From contig NC_092670.1 in the NCBI RefSeq assembly GCF_964355755.1, positions 38,366,388 to 38,430,387 on the forward strand: a stretch of 64,000 nt of DNA, in the 5' to 3' direction. Below are positions 36,233 through 48,893 of the stretch, in pieces; the first letter of the stretch is position 1; every line of letters starts with the position of its first letter. The DNA comes from Antedon mediterranea (Eukaryota; Animalia; Echinodermata). Below the pieces are notes generated by a model, which saw nothing but the letters and a program-made list of their open reading frames with translations, ran no database searches and was not told where the DNA came from. The position numbers and the translations under genes are program-made.

Positions 36233-37057
36233 GGTTTCGATCCAAGTCGGCCCTAAACCGTCTCGGCCAAAGTCAAGTCGGCCTCAAGTCAAGTCGGCCT
36301 CAAGTCAACTCGGCCTCAAGTCAACTCGGCCTCACGTCAACTCGGCCAAAAAATAATCGGTCAACTCGGCCCCGTTAAAGTATGGAACGCAAAAAGTGCA
36401 AATGAAGGGGATTGATAAAATAATATTTCTTCACAATTTTTTAACTATGAATAATTCTGACTTTTAATGAATATTATTATTTAGACAATAATATATTTAG
36501 CAAAAAAAATAGGAATGATTTCACCAACTTTCCTTTATTTACGTTTAATAAAATTTCGTAGCTGAGCCTCCCTGCGCGTTTGCCAGCTTTTTCGATATCT
36601 ACAACTGCTACGTGTTTTCGCTGACCGGGGGATTCCCCTTTTTAAAAAACGCAAATCATGCACAAAAACGATGTACGATCATTTTTTCTACGGCCAAATG
36701 GTGGAACGTAGGCCTCCGTCTTCGATTTCCTAAAATACGGTACCTGCACGTGTTTTTTGTAACACGCGGGTACTTCTATTCATATCGGGCAATGAGTTCA
36801 TTTTTTTATATATTATATTTTTTATTTCTTCATTTTTTTTAAAACGTGGATAGTAAGAATCGTAATAATAATAAGCACTTTTTGCGTTCCATACTTTATT
36901 GTGGCCGAGTTGACCGATTAGTTTTTGGCCGAGTTGACGTGAGGCCGAGTTGACTTGAGGCCGAGTTGACTTGAGGCCGAGTTGACTTGGGGCCGACATG
37001 ACGTGGGGCCGACTTGACTTTGGCCGAGACGGTTTGGGCCGACTTGACATGCACCCG
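36233..37057. mobile_element. Foldback-like element 3 (CAAGTCAACTCGGCCT arrays)
   Basis: Inverted 16-bp arrays at 36244-36372 and 36903-37048. Inner IR AAAGTATGGAACGCAAAAAGTGC. GTTGTTT TSD at 36226-36232 and 37058-37064. Confidence 0.88.
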
Positions 37058-37568
37058 GTTGTTTTATGGGAAGGTGGCCTTAATAAGGTTGTCTCCCCTG
37101 TAAAAGGTTAAACTCATTAACACTACAGTAATATTTCAAAAATATGAAACAATTTTTTTTTAAATAGAAAATTCAATCATTATAATTTCAAGACCAAGAT
37201 TTGTTATACTGTACTGTATTACCCATACCTGTTTATTGTTTTTGTTAGATTGGACTGTTTACCCAATAATTATACCCTCCTTCAGCTGTCCCCTTCCTCC
37301 CCCCCCCCCCCCCCCACCACCTCCTCATTCAACCATTCATCTTAAATAAAAAAATGTCTGGATTGAAAACAAGACATTACAGATTGAAAATAAGACATTT
37401 CAGATTGAAAACTGTTTATATATTCAATGGATAATACACATTTTGGTTTAATATTAAAATGAATTCTACTGCCAAACTGGTTACTACTTATGCAGACTCC
37501 ATCCTACATTTTAAAATCGAAGAGCATATCAAATGAAATGCTCTTATTCACGTCACAAGACACCTACT

Positions 37569-38901
37569 CAGGGGCGCAGCCAGCAAAGAATTAAAGGGGG
37601 GGTCAACCAATATGTGAGTATTTTGCGAGCGAAGCGAGCAACCATGGGCTGGGGGCCAGGGGGCCGCCAAGGGCCCCCCGGTTGGGGTCCAGGGGGCTTC
37701 GCCCCCTGGAAGCTTTGGCGGTCTAGGGCAATCTAGATCATTTGAATCGGTTTACGCACACACAAATATGCAAATATGACAATGTTAACACTAATAAACT
37801 GAAACAAAGAAAACAAAAAACAACTCTCATTTTCATTACAGAACATTTTTATATTCCAGGCTGCCACAGACAAACACTTTTTTTCTTGCTTGTTTGTTGA
37901 TTTGTGTAGAGAGGCTGTAAACTCAGAGGAGGAATTATTTGAATTCCTCCCTTTTCACCAATACGAAAGTTGCATGAAATGAACGTAGAGATGCAAAAGT
38001 TTGAAAAAAGAAATTAGAATGATAGCATGGAGGGAGTGATATTATTAAATGAGAACCGTAAGGTTAGAGTGCATACACTGTGCAAGTCCAAGAAGCTATC
38101 TTGGCTCCGTGTGTATGTGAGACGCTTATCATACCCAGTACATACAATATTTTGTTTAAAAATATACCTATTTTGTTCGAATGTATAGTATAGGTGATAG
38201 CTTATACATAATTGTAATAACTAACTTCTAAATTATTATCATACATTTTACGTTAGTTACTATAACGGCGCTCTTGACATCGCGTGATGCATCTTTAAAC
38301 ATAAGTTTGGAACATTCTTCTTGGCTTGGAGACAGAATTCGCGAATGACATTCTCTGTATTAATGTTCATGTTAAAGTGTATGTTCATGAGGCACAATCC
38401 CGAAAGCTGCTCATAAGACATGTGATTTCCCAAACAGGTTTTCGTTCTCCATAAAGTCGAAAAACTCCGCTCAGCTTCAGCAGACGTTACGGGCATAGGC
38501 CTACGCGATTAGAAGAAGTGCACGCACATTCGGGAACACATCTGGATCCGCTAATTTTACACAGTCGCTTCCATCACTGAAGCTCGGAATGAAGATGTTC
38601 GTGTCTTGGCAGATCATCGTACCAAATTCAAGTTCCTTGAAGACTTCTTCAACATTACACTTCACTATAGACTCGGGTGCTACGCCAAATATTTTAAAGC
38701 ATGGCCTGTTATCGGCAGAAAAGCGGGTTTTTAACTCGGTTTGTAATCAAGAAGTTGATTTGGTAATACTGTTCGGTAGTAATCTTCCACAGTATCTCCA
38801 GGATGATTTGATCTGTATTGTTGTCTCATGTTTTTATTTATTTTTTCTAAAAAAAAGGGGGGGTCAGGACCCCCGTGACCCCCCCACTGGCTGCGCCCCT
38901 G
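37569..38901 (-). mobile_element. hAT-superfamily element with a degenerate transposase C-terminus
   Basis: Perfect 15-bp TIR CAGGGGCGCAGCCAG and CTACT on both flanks. The minus strand at about 38545-38260 reads FPNVRALLLIA/MPVTSAEAERSFSTLWRTKTCLGNHMSYEQLSGLCLMNIH, the hAT dimerisation domain (ZMYM1/P52rIPK-like), with a frameshift. Confidence 0.9.
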
Positions 38902-39719
38902 CTACTTTGTCTTAACCACCGTACGTAGTGTAAGTAAGTCTTAATTCTCACTTTAAATATGCATTATGGCCAAACTGTCAATATGATCAATACAATTGCA
39001 TACTTTGCGGCGTACATTAAGAACATTGACAAATAAAGGAAATTATCATAGGCCTATTAAGACACATTATATTACACTTTTTAAAAATCTATTTTCATTT
39101 TTAAACTGTATTTCCTTTGACTAGTGGTACTTATTCATAGGCCTATTAGACTCATATTATTATTACTCTTTTTTAAAATATATTTTCATTTTAAATTTTA
39201 ACTGTATTTCCCTTGACTAGTGGTACTACATTATATGCCACATACAGTAATTGGTATAATTTCACTTAATAATGGGTGTTAATTGCCATTATGAGTTAAT
39301 GCATATTCATGACACATTAAGTTAATAAATAATCACTGGTTGAATAAGCTTGTACAGTATGTGGGATCTGTTTTTATCATTCCTTGTATATTTTAATAGC
39401 TAATGTACTGCTAATTGTATTTTGTCATATTTGTCATGACAGAACTAGAACAGGTGTAATGGTAGAGAACTGTAAATCAAGCAAAACATCCGACACAGTC
39501 TTCACAACATTTGTCGCAAATTTTTAATTGATTTTTTCGGGGAAATATAAATCATTCATAACATTTCCATATGGTTCTTGTGATTAGTTTCTCTGCAGAT
39601 AAAGACAAACTATGTACTATAGCATGTACAGTATCTCAATAACCCAGTAGGCCTACACCTACACAAGTTGGTTACCCTACTGATCCCTCACCTAGCCCCT
39701 AGGGAAGGAGCATTGATTG

Positions 39720-39848
39720 CAGGAGCGCATCCAATGGGGTTCCCAGCACTGTAATGCAAAAAGTAGGACATCAAATTATGCTCAGCCCTTCATTTCACCA
39801 TTTTTTAGGCCCTATTCCCCCTATTTGAAAATCCTGGATCTGCCACTG
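39720..39848. mobile_element. Degenerate small hAT-like MITE
   Basis: CAGGAGCGCATCCA ... CTGGATCTGCCACTG imperfect TIR; no TSD seen. Confidence 0.45.
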
Positions 39849-41159
39849 AAATATGCAACATATTGTGTACCAAGTGATATCATTTACAATGTATGTCATT
39901 ATTGTATCGGTATCGTATTCTAACAACTGTTCGCACCAACACGGAGTCAAATGTTTAATTGGCCAACAACTGTTTAAGTAGTATTACGTTATTAAGATAT
40001 ATAGCATGGTGTTGACAAAATACTTTAAACATCTCTCCGACACATTGCATTACTGTAACTGCAGTATACATACTGCACAATGTATAGGTGTGAATTAATA
40101 ATGAAAAATAATTAGTATTTGAAGAAATATTTATGACACAATAGTATATTTTGTGTCAATTTTCATACCTAAAGCTCTGACTACACTATCAAACTTTATG
40201 CGACAAAAAACAACTTGATGTGCCCATATATCAACATGATGATGTTATATCAGTACCATATGTGGGCATGTCACTGCCATATTTGGCACATCACACTTTT
40301 TTGTCAAACTTGTTTGATATTGTAGACATAGCTTTACTGTACAATACAATTGAATACAAATCTTTCATTATTCTGGAATAGCTCTTTCAATACACAAGTA
40401 CTGGTCTCCCAAGCCCTAGTAAAGTAACAATAGCCTTTTCTATTTGACAGTCTGGTAGTAATCTGTTATTATTATTATTTCCTTTTTTTTTTTAAATTTT
40501 TCCTCTCCTAAAAATTAATGCAATGGACTCCTCACCCAGTCAAATGGTCAAGATTTTATGAATGTTGACATAAGGTCAACGGCGGTCAATCAACCATTTT
40601 GCCTTTGAACTCAAATATACACAGTGTTTAACATATACAATAAAACTTTATTATTCTCCAGGGAAATTCATTTGATTGTGGTAATAAAATTAAAATTTCA
40701 TAAAAACGTTAGGCAATCACAACTATGGTAAATCGTTGTTTCAGCATCTAATCAATTTTTCTCGTTATTCTGAGATCGCCATCACTGAAATTTCTTCTGT
40801 TTCTGCTGGAAAGAAATTTGGAGTAATTTTGAGGAGAAATACATAGGCCCTGGCCTTATATAGCGCATTAAATGTGTAAAGTAAAGCTCTGTCTACACTA
40901 TCAAACTAGTTTAAAGTGTGATGTGCCCAAATATGGTAGAGATATGACATCATCATCATGTCATCATTTTTTTTTGTCACATAAAGTGTGTGTAGATATT
41001 GCGTAAGTTTAAAACTTGCACTACATACGATAATTGGCACCCATTCAAGCCTTTTTGCTAGATTCATCCACAACAATATGTTATTGATTAAAGTAACTGG
41101 CACTATTAGGGGCCATGATCTCTATTATTCCCCACCAGTATGATAAAAAAAAACTATTC

Positions 41160-42240
41160 TTTCTACCGCAGTATACAATACTACCCATTCCATTATACAC
41201 TTGTAAGACACAGTTTATACCGTAGTATACAATACTACCCATTCCATTATACACTTGTAAGACACAGTTTATACCGCAGTATACAATACTACCCATTCCA
41301 TTATACACTTGTAAGACACAGTTTCTACCGCAGTATACAATACTACCCATTCCATTATACACTTGTAAGACACAGTTTATACCGCAGTATACAATACTAC
41401 CCATTCCATTATACACTTGTAAGACACAGTTTATACCGCAGTATACAATACTACCCATTCCATTATACACTTGTAAGACACAGTTTATACCATAGTATAC
41501 AATACTACCCATTCCATTATACACTTGTAAGACACAGTTTATACCGCAGTATACATTACTACCCATTCCATTATACACTTGTAAGACACAGTTTATTATA
41601 CAATACTACCCATTCCATTATACACTTGTAAGACACAGTTTATACCGCAGTATACAATACTACCCATTCCATTATACACTTGTAAGACACAGTTTATACC
41701 GCAGTATACAATACTACCCATTCCATTATACACTTGTAAGACACAGTTTATACCGCAGTATACAATACTACCCATTCCATTATACACTTGTAAGACACAG
41801 TTTATACCATAGTATACAATACTACCCATTCCATTATACACTTGTAAGACACAGTTTATACCGCAGTATACAATACTACCCATTCCATTATACACTTGTA
41901 AGACACAGTTTATACCATAGTATACAATACTACCCATTCCATTATACACTTGTAAGACACAGTTTATACCGCAGTATACAATACTACCCATTCCATTATA
42001 CACTTGTAAGACACAGTTTATACCATAGTATACAATACTACCCATTCCATTATACACTTGTAAGACACAGTTTATACCGCAGTATACAATACTACCCATT
42101 CCATTATACACTTGTAAGACACAGTTTATACCGCAGTATACAATACTACCCATTCCATTATACACTTGTAAGACACAGTTTATACCGCAGTATACAATAC
42201 TACCCATTCCATTATACACTTGTAAAACACAGTTTTCTAC
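41160..42240. repeat. 54-bp minisatellite, about 20 near-identical copies
   Basis: Unit TTATACCGCAGTATACAATACTACCCATTCCATTATACACTTGTAAGACACAGT. One copy near 41590 has a short deletion; a CGC/CAT variant is interspersed. Confidence 0.95.
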
Positions 42241-42886
42241 TATTGATTTCTTCATACATTTCCTTCTTACAAGTTAATTATTTAAAATACAATTTGTCAT
42301 GTATAGTCCTAATTAAATCCAGATTGATTTTTTTTTCTTTAAGCTCTGTCTACACTATCAAACTTTATGCGACAAAAAAAAATTTGATGTGCCCATATGG
42401 ATATGATGATATCATATCACAACCATATTTGAGCATTTCACTACTATATTTGGACACATCACACTTTTTGTCGAACTAGTTTGATGCTGTAGACAGAGCT
42501 TTACATTATTTGTTTTCTTTAATGTTTACATGACCTTGGTTGTGTAATCATAGTAGATACACTGTGTTAATTATTTAAACGAGGATTTCTCTTTATGTTA
42601 TTGTATTGAATCAGGATTATTATGTTGTTGGTGACAAACACTATAATCAATAATCAATAATAATAATCAATAATAATCAAACACTATAATCAATACAAAA
42701 TGAATAAAGCAAAACAACTCACAACGTAACAACCTGAGTGAATTCAATTCAATTCAATTTATTCCGGATTTTACAAAACAAACAATAACACATGCATCAC
42801 ACATGCGAACGTATCAGAACCATATAATGCATTTGCTCTGGCCTAAAGGAGAGTCATGTCAAAAAGATTGATGTAATACACTAATA

Positions 42887-43538
42887 CCGTAGTTCCTCGC
42901 GTATAATCCCACCTCGAGTATAATCCCACCCCCAACTTTACGATTACCTTCGCAAGCAAGCATATCCCCGGGCAAAGTCCCAGTGTATAATTTATCATTA
43001 GGACAGAGGTAGGCCTAGCTAGCTAGGCCGACGTCAATTTTTTTTAAAGAAATTCTCACCAAAAAATAGAGTAATTTTTCTGAATTCGGCTGACTTAAAA
43101 CTCATCAAACATTGGCCATCGTAAAGTTGAATACAACCTTAATATCATCGCCCCGATCTTCGCGTTCTGCACATCATGCATTCGCCGCACACTCGCTCGC
43201 CGTGTACATTCTGCCTTGTTTACACTACTGCATGCTTGATTACCATAAAAAAAACACCGCCCTCTATGCCGACCGGAGCAGTACTGTAGTTCGTGTCACA
43301 TGCAACAACATGCGATTTGCACAGAGCTCGAGCGTGGGGAATCGGGAGAGTAGGCCTAGATGACCTGGTAGTCTAATGTCTAGGCCTACATCGGAATATA
43401 GCTAGCCTAAATCGTAGCCAGAAGAAATATTGTCATTTTCAGTTCATGCACCGGGAAATTCCTGGGTATAGTCCCACCTCCCAAATTCGGGCAAATTTCA
43501 CGTACAAGGGGGGTGGGATTATACCCGGGGAACTACGG
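42887..43538. mobile_element. pogo/Tigger-like MITE (TA|CCGTAGTTCC...GGAACTACGG|TA)
   Basis: TIR CCGTAGTTCC(T/C)CG(C/G)GTATAATCCCACC, TA TSD and repeated GTATAATCCCACC subterminal motifs. Confidence 0.85.
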
Positions 43539-43568
43539 TACCGTAATAAAGTTACGCATATATATTAA

Positions 43569-43735
43569 ATGATGAAGGGCTAGTGTTGCCCGAAAGCTCT
43601 GCTAACTTTTCTGGCTGTTTTACTTCTCGTTTTGATTTAGCTTTTCGCTTTTATTTTGTATCTCCATTGAGATCCAGCCACTGATACCCACAGCATTGTC
43701 ATTTTTTCAGTAATTTGCCTTTGGATTTATATATT
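43569..43735 (+). mobile_element. Penelope-like retroelement terminal (pLTR) fragment with a minimal hammerhead-like core
   Basis: TGATGA-A-GGGC-TAGTGTT-GCCC-GAAA-GCTC followed by a T-rich tail. An inverted homologous copy lies at about 63830-63975. Confidence 0.6.
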
Positions 43736-44313
43736 ATTAAATATATTATATATAACAGTATATAACTTTTTGATGCTTTTTTTTTTGTAGGACTCGCTAA
43801 GTTGTTAAGCGTTACCAGTTTGATGCTGATGTCAGAGGTCACTGGATGTTGCAACGACGACTGGTTGCAATATTTCTTGAGAACAAGGATTAGTGAGGCA
43901 GATTAATTGCGGATTATCTCAACATATTTTAATTAAGTACAGTATATAAGGTAAATAGATAAAAATAATTGTTTAATTTTTTTTCATCACTCATTTGATT
44001 TAATCAAAAGATCAGAACTTAAGCTCTGTCTATAGTATCAAGCTAGTTTGACAGAAAAGTGTGATGAGCCCAAATATGGTAGTGATATTCCCAAAAAATA
44101 TGGTAGTGATATGACATCGTCATGTCCATATATGGACACATCACCGTTTTTTGTCACATACAATTTGATAGTGTAGACAGAGCTTAAGACACTATGGCTC
44201 ATTTGACCTGCAAGATTTAAATTGAATTATTTTTAAATAAATGTGTGTTCTTTCTCTTTCAGTTAATTTGTGCCAAATTTATTTCTAGAGATAAGAAAAT
44301 TATTTATTTTGTC

Positions 44314-45078
44314 ATGGCTACGATTCCTCCAAGCATGTTCGTGGCACCAGGGAGTTGCCACTCGAGTCTACGCAAATATCAACAGATACAGAAAAGGCAG
44401 CAGTCGCAGGAGATGGACATCAACTCCAACAGGAGTGAAGTTGATGGCAGCCATGCTAAGGCCATGCCAACCACACCCATCGGTTCGCCAATTGGGTCAC
44501 CTACCCCGCCTGGTATGTTTTTATCTTTTTTTATCTTTGTGGTAAAATAACAATTTAAAAAGTATATGAACCTCATAGATATTATTAGGGCTGAGTTGTT
44601 TTGTTACTAAGGCAGTGTTTTTGTAGTTTTGTGGTTAAGATGGCCGGCTACCCTAGGGTCTTGGGTCCAAATCCAAAAGATGGTTACCATGTAATAAAGT
44701 ATAAAATATAAGTAATAAAACTTTTGTGTATAAAGTATCTTGTGAGTCAAGGTTGCCAGCTTTGAGATGGATAGTGAATGAACTCACTTTAAGGCTATCC
44801 TTAGCGATCTGCTTAAAATGATATTTTATTTTAATAAATTGAGAATGTTCACATTATTTTACTAATTATTTCTATTTATAGTGTCTCCTTTGAACAAGAT
44901 GTACCAGTATTTTCGTTCATTCAGTAACCCAGGCATAAGTGTACCAACCACACAGGCTGATATTAAGCAAGTTGGCGCAGAGCAAAGACATTTTGACTTC
45001 TCACCACAAGGGGCTCCGGCATCGGATCAAAGCAGCTCTCCACTGAACTCACCAAGATCAGTTTCTGACAATGCTTAA
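44314..45078 (+). CDS. Uncharacterised 131-aa Ser/Pro/Gln-rich protein (2 coding exons)
   Basis: Exons 44314-44512 and 44882-45078 are joined by a phase-1 GT-AG intron. Good start context (GTCATGG). Coding-like GC content against AT-rich flanks. Acceptor at 44261 and a probable 5'UTR exon at 43790-43950. AATAAA signals downstream (about 45295, 45534, 45845). No family recognised. Confidence 0.75.
44611..44830 (+). mobile_element. Probable tRNA-derived SINE in the intron of the orphan gene
   Basis: GTGGTTAAGATG...GGGTCTTGGGTCCAAATCC (A/B-box-like) followed by a distinct tail. Confidence 0.45.
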
Positions 45079-46368
45079 ACATTGCTGTGTATTAAATATA
45101 GGAAGTATTGAGTGTACAGTACTTCCATTAGTGTGTATCTGTAAATCTACCATGACTTCTACGTCTAAGATTTTAGAATGCTCAGCAATACAGTATTTAG
45201 AATGGTTTTAATACAAAGTATATTGTGTGTTATTTTTTTTGATTATCCTATTTTTGCTGCAGTAGCTCCTAAACTAGTATTAATTTGTTGAAAAAATAAA
45301 ATTGTGATTTCAACCGTGACGGTGTACTTTCACGGAGCCTGGGCCACAAATTTTAGAATGAGTTTATATTATACTTGAATATAACAATGCTGGAGTAATT
45401 ATACAATATGTATGCAATTGGAAAGTATCTGCTGGGCCAGGCCTAGAATATTTGATTTTGGAGGACAGTCCTTCGATCTTTACTGGTATAAATTACTGTA
45501 GGGATGGAATATGAAATATAGTACAGTGTTTGCAATAAATTTAAGTACCTTAAATTGTTTTGATACCAAATTTCATTTTCTATTATACAGCGCTTTCAAA
45601 CTATTTCAAATCATCTTGGACATGAAACTAACATTTTTTTATTTGGCCTAAAAAAATCAAAGGGTGCATACAATTTGTAATTTGTTGTGTGTATAAATCA
45701 TGATCTATAAACAATTCAAAAGAAAATATTTAAAAAACAGCTTTCAAGAAAATGTATAAAGAGTAATCGAGAATATTATTAAAATTGTTGAGCATAAAAC
45801 AAGTTTAACTGCTAAAAATGGTGCTGTTAATGTTCCTAGAATACAATAAAGGTTCTCTTTTTTATACTTTTTTTTTCTTCCGTTAAAAAATACTTTTTAA
45901 TAAATGTTTATATTCCCCATAATAATTTCATATTATACTGTTGTATATTTATATTTACTTACAGATTAATAATGGCCCAGATTTATAGTGGGTAAGTGCT
46001 CTTAAGCTCTGTCCACACTATCAAACTTGTTTGACAAAAAAGTGTGATATTTCCAAATATGGCAGTGATATGACATTATCATGTATGGGCACATTTTTTG
46101 TCACATAAAGTTTGATAGTGTAGACAGAGCTTTACAAATGGTTGCTTACAATAAAAGGTGTTTCATATTCAAATGATGTGCTTTGCTCTAAACACTCTGT
46201 AACTAGTAGATTGATTACGTACTGCAGTAATGTAAAATAGGGTCACTTTCCCAAACTATGTCAACGTATAAGTGGTTTTACTTGATTGGTACCTGTACTA
46301 TTATTTTATATATGGGACTGTAGAACAAAACAATACATGTGTAAATATAGTATAGTAAAAATATATAT

Positions 46369-48149
46369 CAGGCCCGTATGCAGCATTTATAATGGGGGGG
46401 TGCGAGCGAAGCGAGCAACAATGGCTGGGGGCCAGGGGGCCGCCAAGGGCCCCCGGTCAGGGTCCAGGGGCCGAAGGCCCTGGAAAAATTTGCGTTATTT
46501 GACGTTCTAAAGACTGATGTAAGACTCTCTGTTGTGGCTTGGGCTAGTTGAACGATGGACACCAGAACTTAACGCTTTCATGATGAGGCCAACTCAGCAG
46601 GGGTGGCGCCAGGATCTTCCCGACGCGGGGGCTACATTCCCCGACGAGGGGGCTATGCGAGCGAAGCGAGCATCACTAGGCTGAGGGTCAGGGGCCGCCA
46701 AGGACCCCCGGTGGGGGTCCAGGGGGCGAAGCCCCGGAAGCAACGCGTTCTAGCGTCATTTGAGGTCTTTTTAATCAGATTTAGGGTAGCCATTTTTTCC
46801 ATTTTTTATAATGCATAAATAAAATACTGCGTGCAAAAAAACGATGCGCGATGACGGTTTCAATCCATATTTTTCAAGTTAAAAAATAAAAGTTCAAAGA
46901 AAATTTTGAAAAATAGAGTTGGAGGTCCTGGAAATTGGACTTATTTATACTTCAAAACATGAAAAAATATATATAAGTCCCTATCATGGGTTGTGACTGA
47001 GCTAAGAAATGTTTGAAAAATAGAGATGTTAGGTCCCGGAAAATGTACTTCTTGTTCTTCGAAATATGACCAGCTTTATTGTTGGGGCTGAGCTAAGAAA
47101 ATGTTTAAAACTAGAGCTGCAGGTCTTCAAAAAATTGCATTTTATACTTTGGAAACATCAGGCCTAGAGGCTTAAAAAACGCAAGCGTAGACCTTTTTCA
47201 GTCGGGGAAAAAAGTTTATTCCTCCCAGGTGTATGCATGCGTACCATCTGGACTTCCGAGTGGTGAGAAATTCATGACATACAGGATATTGAAAATGTAA
47301 TAACTATAGCTATAATGTTGGCTAAGCGAAAATGGCATGTTTTTTTGTTTAGTAATGGATGAAAAATATATTTTAGGTGCCCCACGGTACAGAAGGTTAC
47401 TTGTAAATTAAAAAATTGGTGAACAAACGAACAATTAACATAATTCGTTTTTGCTGTAGTGTAGCGTACGTCGACGCAGTACACGACGTAACCGTCGGTA
47501 AACTTCGCCTGGAAAATAACACATTACACATTTTGGTCCCTGGATGAAACTTGATATCACGCGTCTCGACCCAACGTTGAACGATTCGTACAAAGGGATA
47601 CCGCCAGACAAGTGCGTACCTAGCTATTGTTTAGTAGTAAGTTAGATCGCTGGCAATAATGAATGCATATAAAGTGCATAATATCACTCTGACGTACTCT
47701 CACGGTCAATGAAACGTCGCGGTTTTCTAGGCGCTGAAGCTAGCTACGAAGTGAACGCGAACGCTTTTTACTGTATATTATATTCCCCGACAAAAAGTAC
47801 ACGTGTTCCCTGACGTTAAGTTGTCTGTATTTCTCCAGCAAACACTTTACCGCGTACCGCGTACATGAAGCGCTAAGCTATTGCTTGTCGTCACATGATC
47901 GACTGCGCATGTTTTACATCGAGTTTGTAGTCAGTTCAGATTCCGTAATTTAATTACCGGTATTTTTTCATTTTATATTAGCATATTTTTGTTTGTATAC
48001 CATTGATAATGTAAATTTTGTATATATATAATGATATTGTCTTTAGTTAAACAAGACAAGAAAAAATACCAACCGAGGAAATAGTGGACCTTTTGGGACT
48101 TGGGGGGGTGCGTCTGCACCCAACGCACCCCCCCCTGGATACGGGCCTG
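46369..48149. mobile_element. hAT-like non-autonomous element with a nested second hAT-like end at about 46598
   Basis: TIR CAGGCCCGTAT / ATACGGGCCTG with TATAT on both flanks. Subterminal GCGAGCGAAGCGAGCA...GGGGCCGCCAAGG block shared with 37625-37710 and 46657-46740. Confidence 0.75.
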
Positions 48150-48384
48150 TATATTGATCAGTAACAAGAAATATAATAATATATGCATTAATAAATGATA
48201 TGGAATAAGTGTGTGATATACTCCCAATCCCAATATACTTATAAAAACTGTAGACATATGTACTGTACATTGTTATATGCATTTTAAACATTAAATTACA
48301 CTGTGCTAAGAAATAAATTATATATAGTAATTGTAACCTGTAGGATGTACAAATAATGCAAGAAGTGTAAGTGAGGGTTAACTT

Positions 48385-48893
48385 CATTGTGCTCCATTCA
48401 TCCTCCAGCTCCATTCATCCTCCAGCTCCATTCATCCTCCAGCTCCATTCATACTCCAGCTCCATTCATCCTCCAGCTCCATTCATCCTTTAGCTCCATT
48501 CATCCTCCAGTTCCATTCATCCTCCAGCTCCATTCATCCTCCATCTTCATTCATCCTCCAGCTCCATTCATACTCCAACTCCATTCATTCTCCAGCTCCA
48601 TTTATCCTCCAGCTTCGTTCATCCTCCATCTCCATTCATACTCCAACTCCATTCATTCTCCAGCTCCATTCATCCTCCAGCTTCATTCATCCTCCATCTC
48701 CATTCATCCTCCAGCTCCATTCATCCTCCAGCTCCATTCATCCTTTAGCTCCATTCATCCTCCAGCTCCATTCATCCTCCAGCTGCATTCATCCTCCAGC
48801 TCCATTCATCCTCCTGTTCCATTCATCCTCCATCTTCATTCATCCTCCTGTTCCATTCATCCTCCAGCTCCATTCATCCTGCAGCTCCATTCA
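48385..48893. repeat. 17-bp minisatellite (CTCCATTCATCCTCCAG)n, about 30 copies
   Basis: Direct tandem array, strongly pyrimidine-biased on the + strand. Confidence 0.95.

Noticed and set aside
38260-38545. Functional ZMYM1/THAP12-like host gene
   Set aside because: Frameshifted fragment enclosed by hAT TIRs and TSD; a transposase remnant.
41081-42255. ORFs with 18-aa repeats, and a CRISPR-like appearance
   Set aside because: Perfect head-to-tail 54-bp minisatellite with no unique spacers, in a eukaryotic context with no cas genes.
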